The position numbers were made by a program, and so were the translations under genes. Under the pieces are notes generated by a model that worked only from the letters and a program-made list of their open reading frames with translations, did no database searches and was not told the origin of the DNA. DNA of 53,151 bases from Parafannyhessea sp. (GTDB taxonomy: Bacteria; Actinomycetota; Coriobacteriia; Coriobacteriales; Atopobiaceae), in the NCBI RefSeq assembly GCF_051876455.1, contig NZ_JBJEHW010000093.1, forward strand, positions 1-53,151. Direction: 5' to 3'. Below are positions 38,056 through 47,397 of the stretch, one piece after another (position 1 is the first letter of the stretch; every line of letters begins with the position of its first letter).

Positions 38056-38182
38056 CGCGGAAGAATTGCATACGGCGTCAGTTTGGGGGCGCGAGAAGGG
38101 CGGCGGCTCTTCTCGTGCCCTATACTGTGACGTGCCGGCGCAGGTGCGCCGAAGGCAGTTTTTGACCCAACAGGAGGATGCA

Positions 38183-39463
38183 ATGCCTGCAACAGTGCTC
38201 GTTGGTACGCAATGGGGAGACGAAGGCAAGGGCAAGGTGACCGACCTCATCTCGGGCGACTTCGACGTCGTGTGCCGCTACGCCGGTGGCGCGAACGCCG
38301 GCCACACGGTGGTCGCCAACGGGCACAAGCTGGCCCTGCACCAGGTGCCCTCCGGCGTCATGTACAAGGGGACGTACCCCGTGATCGGCAACGGCTGCAT
38401 CGTGGACCCCGAGGTGCTGCTGGGCGAGATCGACACCCTCGAGGAGCAGGGCATCTCGTGCGATGACCTCAAGATCTCCGGCAACGCGCACATCGTCATG
38501 CCGTACCACAAGGACCTCGACGGCGCGCACGAGAAGAAGCTCGGCAAGAACCTGATCGGCACCACCAAGCGCGGCGTCGGTCCCTGCTACATGGACAAGA
38601 TGAACCGCACGGGCCTGCGCATCCAGGACATGCTGGACGAGAAGATCTTCCGCGAGAAGCTGGAGGCGGCCCTCAGCTACACCAACCCCATCCTCGAGAA
38701 GGTCTACGAGCTCCCCACCTACACCGTCGACCAGATCTGCGAGACGTACCTGCCGTACGCCGAGCGCATCCGCCCGTACATCGTGGAGAGCTCGCTCTTC
38801 CTGAACGAGCAGCTCGAGGCCGGCAAGAACATCCTGTTCGAGGGCGCGCAGGCCACGATGCTCGACATCGACCACGGCACGTACCCCTTCGTCACCTCCT
38901 CCAACTGCACCGCCGGCGGCGCGGTCACGGGCTCGGGCGTCGGCCCCACCCACATCAAGCGCGTCCTGGGCGTCGCGAAGGCCTACCTGACGCGCGTGGG
39001 CTCCGGTCCCTTCCCCACGGAGCTGTACGACGAGATCGGCGACAAGCTGGGCGAGGTCGGCCACGAGTACGGCGTGACCACCGGCCGCAAGCGCCGCTGC
39101 GGCTGGTATGACGGCGTCGTCGTCAACTACGCGGCCCGTGTCAACGGCCTGACGGACCTGGCCATCACCAAGCTCGACGTCCTGGGCTGCCTGGACGAGA
39201 TCAAGGTCTGCGTCGCCTACGAGTGCGACGGCAAGCGCTACACCACCGTCCCCGAGCACCAGAGCGTCTTCTACCACGCGAAGCCCGTGTACGAGACGCT
39301 CCCGGGCTGGAAGTGCGACATCTCCGGCGTCCGCAACTTCTACCAGCTGCCGCGCGAGGCCAAGGACTACATCGACTTCCTCGAGCAGCTGGCGGGCGTG
39401 CGCGTGTCCATCATCACCGTCGGCCCCGACCGCGAGCAGACGATCGACCGCTACTGGAAGTAG
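38183..39463 (+). CDS. purA: Adenylosuccinate synthetase
   Basis: GTQWGDEGKGK, GGANAGHT, EGAQ, GTYPFVTSS, TTGRKRRCGW; SD AGGAGG. Confidence 0.98.
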   Translation: MPATVLVGTQWGDEGKGKVTDLISGDFDVVCRYAGGANAGHTVVANGHKLALHQVPSGVMYKGTYPVIGNGCIVDPEVLLGEIDTLEEQGISCDDLKISGNAHIVMPYHKDLDGAHEKKLGKNLIGTTKRGVGPCYMDKMNRTGLRIQDMLDEKIFREKLEAALSYTNPILEKVYELPTYTVDQICETYLPYAERIRPYIVESSLFLNEQLEAGKNILFEGAQATMLDIDHGTYPFVTSSNCTAGGAVTGSGVGPTHIKRVLGVAKAYLTRVGSGPFPTELYDEIGDKLGEVGHEYGVTTGRKRRCGWYDGVVVNYAARVNGLTDLAITKLDVLGCLDEIKVCVAYECDGKRYTTVPEHQSVFYHAKPVYETLPGWKCDISGVRNFYQLPREAKDYIDFLEQLAGVRVSIITVGPDREQTIDRYWK

Positions 39464-39469
39464 GCACAC

Positions 39470-40414
39470 GTGAGCGCCGCCTCCGCAAACAAGAAGTTCG
39501 CCATCGTGTGCGACAGCGCCTGTGACCTCCCCCTCTCCACGCTGGAGAGGGCGGGGGTCGCCCTCGTTCCGCTCGTCGTGCGCATGGGCCACGAGCAGTT
39601 TCGCGACTGCCTCGACATCGACACGCCCACGTTCTACCGCGAGTCGCCCAAGCACAAGGGGCAGATAAACACCTACTCGCCGTCCGAGGTTGACTTCCTC
39701 ACCGTCTACCAGGCGCTGGCCGAGCAGGGCTGGGATCGCATCGTGTCGCTCCACGTGTCGTCGCAGATGCGCGACGCCGGCGAGGTGGCGCGCTCCGCCG
39801 TGTCCAAGGTGCAGGGCGCAAAGGTCACGGTCATCGACACCCATGCGGTCTCCGCGGAGTACGCCCTCGTGCTGTCGCGCCTCGTGTGCGACCGCAACGC
39901 GGGCCTGGACACCTACGAGGCCGTCGAGCGCGCCCAGGCGCTCTCGGCGTCGTCGCGGATGCTCATGATTCCCACGCCCGATGCGGACGTGGCGGCCGGC
40001 ATCGGCCACAAGCGCAAGGGCATCCTGGGGCAGATGAGCATGCTCCAGAGGCGCGCCCTCAACGTGCGCGGCCTCGTCAAGGTGACGCCCGACGGCCAGG
40101 CGGAGGAGATCTTCTCGTCCTCCGACATGGCGCGCATCGCCGGCGTGCTGGCGCGCACGCTCAGCCGCTACTCCGCAAAGGTGGGCGCCATCACCTACGC
40201 CGAGATGTACTCCGGCGACCCCAGGATCCTCCAGAAGGTGGAGAAGCCCCTGGACACCAACGAGTTCGAGTCGGCTTGCGCGGCCGTGCTCAGGGCGAAC
40301 CCCAGCACCTGCGCGCAGCTCGGCATCGGCGCCGTGGGCATAGCCTACGCGCCAAGCTCGCTCATCACCGCCGAGGAAGCCGCCTCGGTTCTCAAACCAA
40401 AGGCCGCCCAGTAG
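39470..40414 (+). CDS. DegV family protein (divergent)
   Basis: AIVCDSACDL, LVPLVV, VTVIDT, C-terminal GAVGIAY. Confidence 0.75.
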   Translation: MSAASANKKFAIVCDSACDLPLSTLERAGVALVPLVVRMGHEQFRDCLDIDTPTFYRESPKHKGQINTYSPSEVDFLTVYQALAEQGWDRIVSLHVSSQMRDAGEVARSAVSKVQGAKVTVIDTHAVSAEYALVLSRLVCDRNAGLDTYEAVERAQALSASSRMLMIPTPDADVAAGIGHKRKGILGQMSMLQRRALNVRGLVKVTPDGQAEEIFSSSDMARIAGVLARTLSRYSAKVGAITYAEMYSGDPRILQKVEKPLDTNEFESACAAVLRANPSTCAQLGIGAVGIAYAPSSLITAEEAASVLKPKAAQ

Positions 40415-40443
40415 CGGGCGGCGTCGAGCCCAAGGAGGGCATC

Positions 40444-41742
40444 ATGGCTGGTACTGACAACAAGATCGACATCCTGCTACTGGGCTCCGGCGGCCGCGAG
40501 CACGCCATCCTGGCAAAGCTCGCCGAGTCGCCCCGTGCGGGCAAACTGTACGTGGCGCCGGGCAACGGCGGCATGTACCAGCTGGCCCAGAAGGTGGACG
40601 TGGACCAGGACTCCCCGGAGTCGGTCGCGGCCTTCGCAAGGGAGAAGAACGTCGGCCTCGTGGTGATAGGCCCCGAGGCACCGCTCGTCGCAGGCGTGGC
40701 CGACGCCGTGCGTGCGGAGGGCATTCCCGTCTTCGGCCCCAGCGGCAAGGCGGCGCAGATGGAGGGCTCCAAGAAGTTCGCCAAGGAGGTCATGGCGCGC
40801 GCCGGCGTCCCCACGGCCAGGTACGAGTCGTTCACGGACGAGCAGGCCTGCGCGGACTACGTCCGCAAGGTGGGCGGTCCCATCGTGATCAAGGCCGACG
40901 GCCTCGCCGCGGGCAAGGGCGTGATCGTGGCCCAGACCACCGAGGAGGCCCTCGACGGCGTGCACGAGTGCTTCAACGCCTTTGGCGACGCGGGCAACGT
41001 CGTCGTGGTGGAGGAGATGCTCGAGGGCCCCGAGTGCTCGCTCCTCGCGCTGACCGATGGCAAGACCCTCGTGCCGCTCGCGACCTCCCAGGACCACAAG
41101 CGCGCCCTCGACGGCGACCGCGGCCTCAACACGGGCGGCATGGGCGTCTACTCGCCCGTGCCCATCCTGCTGCCGGGCGAGCTTGACCAGATGGTCGAGA
41201 TCGAGCGCAAGGTCGTGGCCGAGCTCGCGGCGGAGGGCAACCCCTACAGCGGCTGCCTGTACGGCGGCTTCATGCTCACCAAGGACGGCCCCAAGGTACT
41301 CGAGTTCAACGCGCGCTTTGGCGACCCCGAGACGCAGGTCGTGCTGCCCCGCATGAAGGGCGACCTGGTGGAGTGCTTCCTGGCCTGCGACAACGGCACC
41401 CTGAGCCCCGACATGGTGAGCTGGGACGACGACTGGGCCGTATCCGTGGTCCTCACGAGCGCGGGCTACCCCGGCCACTACGAGAAGGGCAAGCTCATCC
41501 ACGGCATCGACGACGCCAACGCGATGGACGGCGTGACCGTCTACCACGCCGGCACCAAGCTGGACGAGGACGGCAACGTCTACACCAACGGCGGCCGCGT
41601 GCTCGACGTCACGGCCGTGGCCCCCACGTTCGAGGACGCGCGCAACCTCGCCTACGAGGCCTGCGACAAGATCTGGTTCGAGGGCAAGACCTATCGCCAC
41701 GACATCGGTATCAAGGCGATCAAGGGCCGCGCGAACCTGTAG
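40444..41742 (+). CDS. purD: Phosphoribosylamine--glycine ligase
   Basis: GSGGREHA, GPEAPL, KADGLAAGKGV, QDHKR, NTGGMG, EFNARFGDPE. Confidence 0.97.
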   Translation: MAGTDNKIDILLLGSGGREHAILAKLAESPRAGKLYVAPGNGGMYQLAQKVDVDQDSPESVAAFAREKNVGLVVIGPEAPLVAGVADAVRAEGIPVFGPSGKAAQMEGSKKFAKEVMARAGVPTARYESFTDEQACADYVRKVGGPIVIKADGLAAGKGVIVAQTTEEALDGVHECFNAFGDAGNVVVVEEMLEGPECSLLALTDGKTLVPLATSQDHKRALDGDRGLNTGGMGVYSPVPILLPGELDQMVEIERKVVAELAAEGNPYSGCLYGGFMLTKDGPKVLEFNARFGDPETQVVLPRMKGDLVECFLACDNGTLSPDMVSWDDDWAVSVVLTSAGYPGHYEKGKLIHGIDDANAMDGVTVYHAGTKLDEDGNVYTNGGRVLDVTAVAPTFEDARNLAYEACDKIWFEGKTYRHDIGIKAIKGRANL

Positions 41743-41825
41743 CGCCCGAGTGGGTACAACCTAGCTAGCAGTAAGTCGCGGCGCCTCGGGCGCCGCGACG
41801 CGTATACGCAAGCAAGGGGGACACG

Positions 41826-42734
41826 GTGTCGAAGGACAGCAAGCAGGAACAAGGTCAGAAGGAGCCCGCCCAGCAGAAGGCGACGGACGGCAAGGCAGCG
41901 CGCAAGGCCGGCGCGGGCGAGAAGAACGCGACCACGGAGGTGCACGCGGGCCTTGGCGAGGAGCCGCTCGAGGAGGAGCCGTACTACAGCACGGCCGACG
42001 AGGACGAGTTCGCTGACGACCTGGACCTGGACGACGACCCGGATGGCTCCGAACTTCTCGACCACGCCATCGAGGGCATGAAGGCGGGCATGGGCGCCTT
42101 CACGTTCGACGGCGACCGCTCGCGGCACGACCACAAGTCCGGCGCCCCGCAGAGCCGTCACCTGGTGCTGGGGGACGACGACCCGCGCGACAAGGGCCTC
42201 ACGGAGCAGGTCCTGGGCGAGGACGTGGTCTTCAGGGGCCACGTGTTCAACGTCGACCGCCTGCGCGTGCAGCTGCCCGACGGCGCCCGTGCCGAGCGCG
42301 ACGTGGTGCGCCACCCCGGCGCCGTGGCCATCGTCGCGCTCACGGAGGACGGTCGCATCTGCCTGGTGAGGCAGTACCGCGCGCCGCTGGGTCGCGTGAC
42401 GGTGGAGATTCCCGCCGGCAAGCTGCAGCCGGGGGAGGACCCGCTCGACTGCGCCCGACGCGAGCTGCAGGAGGAGACCGGCATGAAGGCGAAGAAGATG
42501 GCCTTCCTGACCACGATCGCCACCTCCGCCGGCTTCGCGGACGAGCTCATCCACATCTACATGGCCACGGGCCTCACGCTGGCGGAGTCGAGCCCGGACG
42601 CGGACGAGTTCATCAACGTCGACCTCGTGGAGCTCCCGGAGCTGGTCGACGCCGTGCTCGACGGTCGCATCGAGGACGCCAAGACCGTGGTGGGCGCCTT
42701 GGTGTGCGACGCCGTGGCGCGTCGCCTGGGATAG
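41826..42734 (+). CDS. NUDIX hydrolase (ADP-ribose pyrophosphatase-like) with long acidic N-terminal extension
   Basis: HPGAV, RQYR, EIPAGKLQPGEDPLDCARRELQEETG, IEDAKT. Confidence 0.88.
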   Translation: MSKDSKQEQGQKEPAQQKATDGKAARKAGAGEKNATTEVHAGLGEEPLEEEPYYSTADEDEFADDLDLDDDPDGSELLDHAIEGMKAGMGAFTFDGDRSRHDHKSGAPQSRHLVLGDDDPRDKGLTEQVLGEDVVFRGHVFNVDRLRVQLPDGARAERDVVRHPGAVAIVALTEDGRICLVRQYRAPLGRVTVEIPAGKLQPGEDPLDCARRELQEETGMKAKKMAFLTTIATSAGFADELIHIYMATGLTLAESSPDADEFINVDLVELPELVDAVLDGRIEDAKTVVGALVCDAVARRLG

Positions 42735-42882
42735 CCGGAGCCTGCCCGGAGCCTCGACCGGCCACCCGCGCCCGCGCGCCGTTTGGGTGCGTGGGCGTGG
42801 TGTGCGCCCGCGCCGCGCGTTCGCAAGCGCGGTGTAAAACGGATATCATGGACGGGTTAGTCGGCAGCGGTCGGGGGAGTTC

Positions 42883-43857
42883 ATGCCAAGGGAGAAGGAC
42901 AGGTCGCACAAGCGGCGCACCCTCAACGCCCAGGAGGCGGAGGAGCTCTTCTCGACCGTGGACGAGACCGGCCACACCAACGAGGAGACCGCCAAGCGCC
43001 AGCGCAGCCGGCGCAGCCAGGGCCGCCACGGCGTCGAGGTCGACCCGCTTTCCGACAAGGACCCCTCGGGCTCCAACCTGGGCGAGGTCATGACCAGGAC
43101 GGCCACCATCATCCTGCTGATATTCTTCCTCGGCATAATGGCGCTGCAGGTGTCCTGTGGCGTGGCGCGCCGCGTGAGCACGGAGTCGCTTGGCAACCAG
43201 GTGAGCATCTCGACCGTGGTCTCCGCCATGAACAACGGCGTGGAGTGGGGCAACGGCTACACGCAGTTCCCGGAGGACTTCTCCGTCCAGGAGGCGGACG
43301 AGAACACGCACCGCATCGAGGTGACCGTCACGGACGAGACCTCGAGCGACGTGCTGGGGGTCTTCTCGTCCTCGCAGATCCAGGCGGCGGCCCTCGCCAC
43401 CAACGCGCTCATGAACCCCGACATCAACACCGTCATCTACAACGTGAACGTCCACGTGGACAAGAACGGCAAGATCCAGAAGTCGCAGCTGCTGGGCTAC
43501 CTCAAGCCAACGGGCGAGGTCAAGAGCCTGATGACCTTCGTCTGGACCAAGACGTCCACGTCGCAGGGCGTGCGCTTCAACTGCTCCATCACGGGCGTGG
43601 ACGCCGCGACGGAAAAGCAGCTGCGCGGCTCGATCACCAACGGCGTGCTTGACCAGGTGTTTGGCCCCAGCGCGGACGACAAGTCCGACTCTGGCACCAC
43701 GACGGTCACCACCACGATCGGCAACACGACGACCAACAACAAGACGGGCACGACGGGGTCGACCAGATCGACCACGGCATCCAGTTCGACCAGCTCGACA
43801 ACGTCGTCCGGCTCCACCGGCACGGGCACCGCGGCCACCAAGGGCACGAGCTCCTAG
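42883..43857 (+). CDS. Hypothetical single-pass membrane protein with Ser/Thr-rich tail
   Basis: Charged N-terminus, one TM (ATIILLIFFLGIMAL), soluble domain, S/T tail; typical codon use. Confidence 0.8.
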   Translation: MPREKDRSHKRRTLNAQEAEELFSTVDETGHTNEETAKRQRSRRSQGRHGVEVDPLSDKDPSGSNLGEVMTRTATIILLIFFLGIMALQVSCGVARRVSTESLGNQVSISTVVSAMNNGVEWGNGYTQFPEDFSVQEADENTHRIEVTVTDETSSDVLGVFSSSQIQAAALATNALMNPDINTVIYNVNVHVDKNGKIQKSQLLGYLKPTGEVKSLMTFVWTKTSTSQGVRFNCSITGVDAATEKQLRGSITNGVLDQVFGPSADDKSDSGTTTVTTTIGNTTTNNKTGTTGSTRSTTASSSTSSTTSSGSTGTGTAATKGTSS

Positions 43858-43961
43858 GCGCGCTCGCGGCGTCGCGGCGCCATCCCTATACTGTAAGCAG
43901 CCTGTGGGAGCGGGTTGGCCCACGGGTGGAGAAGAACAACCACCTTGCTTTGGAGGCAATC

Positions 43962-44423
43962 ATGGCAGACAAGCCAGTCGTGGGAATCATCATGGGATCC
44001 AAGTCGGACATGCCGGCGATGGAGGCGTGCACCAAGGAGCTCGAGGAGCTGGGCGTTCCCTACGAGCTCGTGGTGGCCTCGGCGCACCGCGCACCCGCAA
44101 AGGTGCACGAGTGGGCCTCGACCGCGGCCGACCGCGGCCTCAAGGTGATCATCGCGGCCGCCGGCAAGGCCGCCCACCTGGGCGGCGTCGTGGCCGCCTA
44201 CACGCCGCTGCCGATCGTGGGCGTCCCCATGAAGACGTCCGACCTCGGCGGCATGGACTCGCTCCTCTCCATGGTGCAGATGCCCTCTGGCGTGCCCGTG
44301 GCCTGCGTGGCCATCGGCGGCGCCAAGAACGCGGCCATCTACGCCACGCAGATCCTGGGCGCGACCATGCCCGAGTACCGCGAGAAGATCGTGGAGCTCA
44401 AGAAGCAGATGGCCGAGGCGTAG
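43962..44423 (+). CDS. purE: N5-CAIR mutase
   Basis: IIMGSKSD, SAHR, AGKAAHLGG, SMVQMPSGVPVA; SD GGAGG. Confidence 0.97.
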   Translation: MADKPVVGIIMGSKSDMPAMEACTKELEELGVPYELVVASAHRAPAKVHEWASTAADRGLKVIIAAAGKAAHLGGVVAAYTPLPIVGVPMKTSDLGGMDSLLSMVQMPSGVPVACVAIGGAKNAAIYATQILGATMPEYREKIVELKKQMAEA

Positions 44424-44432
44424 GGCAGGCTG

Positions 44433-45452
44433 ATGGGAAAGCATTCCAGGCCGAGCGCCGACTCCACGGCCGCGGCGCCGCGCGCCGCGGGCTTCGTGCC
44501 GGCGACCTCCGCGGTGGCCTACGCGTCGTCCGTGCAGGCCGACCGCAGCGCGGCCGGCGGCAACGGAGGCGCCGGGACGTCACGCGGGGGCGACAGGCCC
44601 CAGAAGCCCAAGCGTCGCGGCCGCGGCAGGCGCGTGCTCAGCACCATCTTCCTGGTGGTGGGCATCGCCCTTCTCGCCGTGGCGGGGTACCTGTACTTCC
44701 ACGCGCAGAGCGAGTACAACCACCAGCGCCAGAACAACCAGAAGCTCGAGAAGATTGCCGACGTCAAGACCAACAAGACGACCGGCGCCCCCACGATTGA
44801 CTTCGCGGCGCTCGAGGCCGTCAACAACGACATCGTGGGCTGGATCGACGTCGAGGGCACCACGATCAACTTCCCCGTGTACCAGGGCAAGAACAACACG
44901 CAGTACCTGCGCCACTCCGCCACGGGCGAGTACAGCATCGGCGGGCAGGTCTTCATGGACTGCCAGAACACCAAGCCCGGCATGGTGGACGCCCAGACGC
45001 TGATCTATGGGCACCACCTCAACGACGGGCAGATGTTCGCGCCGCTGGACGACCTCAAGAAGCAGGCGAACTTCGACAAGATTTCGACCGTGTGGTACGT
45101 GGACCGCAACAACAAGGCGTACGAGATGGAGCCGCTGCTGCTCTACATCATCAAGAGTGACTACGACGACGACTTGCGCACCTTCAACTTCTCGTCCACG
45201 GACGAGTTCCACACGTACCTCAACAAGATGCTCGCGAAGGCGTCGGCCAAGCGGTCGGACGCCGCGCAGGTCATCCAGGGCACGAGCCACGTGATGACGC
45301 TCGTCACGTGCAACTACGACTTTGGCCACGGCCGCGCCGTGCTGCTGTGCGTGCCCAAGAGCGAGGCCGCCGCGGCGACGGGGCAGGGCTCGAGCTCCAG
45401 CTCGGGCGCAAGCTCGACGTCGACCTCTGGCACGACCTCGACCTCGTCATAG
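44433..45452 (+). CDS. Class B sortase
   Basis: N-terminal TM, NNDIVGWI, NTQYLRH, IYGHHL, TLVTC, downstream Arg. Confidence 0.9.
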   Translation: MGKHSRPSADSTAAAPRAAGFVPATSAVAYASSVQADRSAAGGNGGAGTSRGGDRPQKPKRRGRGRRVLSTIFLVVGIALLAVAGYLYFHAQSEYNHQRQNNQKLEKIADVKTNKTTGAPTIDFAALEAVNNDIVGWIDVEGTTINFPVYQGKNNTQYLRHSATGEYSIGGQVFMDCQNTKPGMVDAQTLIYGHHLNDGQMFAPLDDLKKQANFDKISTVWYVDRNNKAYEMEPLLLYIIKSDYDDDLRTFNFSSTDEFHTYLNKMLAKASAKRSDAAQVIQGTSHVMTLVTCNYDFGHGRAVLLCVPKSEAAAATGQGSSSSSGASSTSTSGTTSTSS

Positions 45453-45468
45453 GGGTTCGTAAACAAAA

Positions 45469-45506
45469 TGCGCACGTGGGGGCACGAAAGCGGTCCCACG
45501 TGCGCA
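45469..45506. terminator. Hairpin after sortase gene
   Basis: TGCGCACGTGGG...CCCACGTGCGCA inverted repeat; no clear U tract. Confidence 0.5.
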
Positions 45507-45576
45507 AACTTGTTAGACTGAAAGCGTCGCATGAAACAGGCGCCCAAAGCCAGCGCCGCATATGGAGGAGAAGAGC

Positions 45577-46647
45577 ATGGAGACCCAGCCCAGGCACATC
45601 ACCTACGCCGATGCCGGCGTGGACGTAGACGAGGGCGCCCGCGCGGTCGACGCCATCAAGGCGGCCGTGAAGGAGACGAACCGCCCCGAGGTCATTGGCG
45701 GCCTGGGCGGCTTTGGCTCGTGCTTCAGCATGAAGGGCTTCAAGGACATGGAGGACCCCGTGCTCGTGAGCGGCACGGACGGCGTTGGCACCAAGCTCGC
45801 AATCGCCCAGCTGCTCGACCGCCACGACACGGTGGGCGAGGACCTCGTGGCCATGTGCGTGGACGACGTGGTGCCCATCGGCGCGGAGCCGCTGTTCTTC
45901 CTGGACTACGTGGCGATCGGCAAGCTCAAGGCCGAGCACGTGGCCAAGATCGTGAAGGGCATCGCCAACGGCTGCAAGAAGTCCGGCTGCGCCCTGGTTG
46001 GCGGCGAGATGGCCGAGCACCCCGGCGTCATGAAGCCCGAGGACTACGACCTGGCCGGCTTCGTGGTGGGCGTCGTGGACCGTCCCAAGATGATTGGTCC
46101 GCACCTGGTGCACGAGGGCGACGTGATCCTGGGCCTGCCGAGCTCCGGCATCCACTCCAACGGCTACAGCCTGGTGCGCAAGGTCGCGATCGAGGGCAAG
46201 ACCGTTGAGGAGCTCGAGACCCCGCTTCCGGAGCTGGGCGGCGAGAGCCTGGCCGACGCCGTGATGCGCCCGACCACGATCTACGCCGGCGGCCTGGTGG
46301 CCGCGCTCAAGGCCGGCGCCCCCATCCACGCGATGGCGCACATCACGGGCGGCGGCATCACGGAGAACCTCAACCGCGCGCTCCCCGCGGACGTTGACGC
46401 CGTGGTCGACCGCGGTGGCGAGGACGGTCCCGCATGGGACGTGCCCCCCATCATCAGCTACTGCGTCAAGGCGGCGGGCCTCACGCCCGACGAGGCGTAC
46501 AAGACGTTCAACATGGGCGTGGGCATGAGCATCATCTGCGGCCGCGACGACGTGGACGAGGTGCGCGAGGCGCTCGTGGCGCAGGGCTTCTCGCCCTTCG
46601 TGATGGGCGAGTGCGTCAAGGGCGAGGGCAAGGTGACCTACCGATGA
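45577..46647 (+). CDS. purM: AIR synthetase
   Basis: TYADAGVD, GGLGGFG, TDGVGTK, GGEMAEHP, SSGIHSNGYSL, HITGGG, TFNMGVG. Confidence 0.97.
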   Translation: METQPRHITYADAGVDVDEGARAVDAIKAAVKETNRPEVIGGLGGFGSCFSMKGFKDMEDPVLVSGTDGVGTKLAIAQLLDRHDTVGEDLVAMCVDDVVPIGAEPLFFLDYVAIGKLKAEHVAKIVKGIANGCKKSGCALVGGEMAEHPGVMKPEDYDLAGFVVGVVDRPKMIGPHLVHEGDVILGLPSSGIHSNGYSLVRKVAIEGKTVEELETPLPELGGESLADAVMRPTTIYAGGLVAALKAGAPIHAMAHITGGGITENLNRALPADVDAVVDRGGEDGPAWDVPPIISYCVKAAGLTPDEAYKTFNMGVGMSIICGRDDVDEVREALVAQGFSPFVMGECVKGEGKVTYR

Positions 46648-47276
46648 GCGATCGCCGTCCCATCAGGCTTGGTGTCCTCATCAGCGGCAGCGGCACCAAC
46701 CTCCAGGCCATAATCGACCGCATCGCCGCGGGCACGCTGGACGCGGAGGTCGCGATCGTCATCTCCTCCCGCCCCAGCGCGTACGGGCTCAAGCGCGCGG
46801 AGGCCGCCGGCATCCAGACCATGACCCTGAGCAAGGAGATCTACGCCGACCCCATCACGGCAGACGAGGTGATCGCCTCCACGCTGCTTAGGGAGAAGGT
46901 CGACTACGTCATCATGGCGGGCTACATGCGCATGGTGCATGCGCCCATCCTGCAGGCGTTCCAGAACCGCGTGGTCAACCTGCACCCGGCGCTCCTGCCG
47001 AGCTTCCGCGGCGCGCATGCCATCCAGGACGCCTTTGACTACGGCGTCAAGGTGACGGGCGTGACCGTGCACTTTGCGGACGACAAGTACGACTGCGGCC
47101 CCATCATCGCGCAGCGCCCGCTGGCCGTTGAGGAGGGCTGGGACGTGGACGAGCTCGAGGTCCACATCCATCAGATCGAGCACGTGCTGTACCCGGACAC
47201 GATTCAGCTGCTGGCCGAGGGTCGCGTGCACGTGGACGGCAACAAGGTGCGCATCGACCCGCCCGCGGAGGCGTAG
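46644..47276 (+). CDS. purN: GAR transformylase
   Basis: ISGSGTNLQA, AGYMR, NLHPALLPSF, GVTVHF..DCGPII; ATGA overlap with purM. Confidence 0.97.
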   Translation: MSDRRPIRLGVLISGSGTNLQAIIDRIAAGTLDAEVAIVISSRPSAYGLKRAEAAGIQTMTLSKEIYADPITADEVIASTLLREKVDYVIMAGYMRMVHAPILQAFQNRVVNLHPALLPSFRGAHAIQDAFDYGVKVTGVTVHFADDKYDCGPIIAQRPLAVEEGWDVDELEVHIHQIEHVLYPDTIQLLAEGRVHVDGNKVRIDPPAEA

Positions 47277-47318
47277 CCACGGCGTCACGTGCGACCTGCG
47301 CATAAACGATTTGACGAG

Positions 47319-47353
47319 AAGAGCGGGGCGTCCCACGTGGGCGCCCCGCTCTT
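47319..47353. terminator. Hairpin between convergent purN and prsW-like gene
   Basis: AAGAGCGGGGCGTCC...GGGCGCCCCGCTCTT. Confidence 0.7.
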
Positions 47354-47397
47354 GTGCGTAGGGTGATGCCTGTCGGGACCGGGCGGGCCCCGTGTCG

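Noticed and set aside
43895-43960. Purine or ZTP riboswitch upstream of purE
   Set aside because: Hairpins are possible but the conserved aptamer nucleotides are absent, and the closing stem overlaps the likely start site
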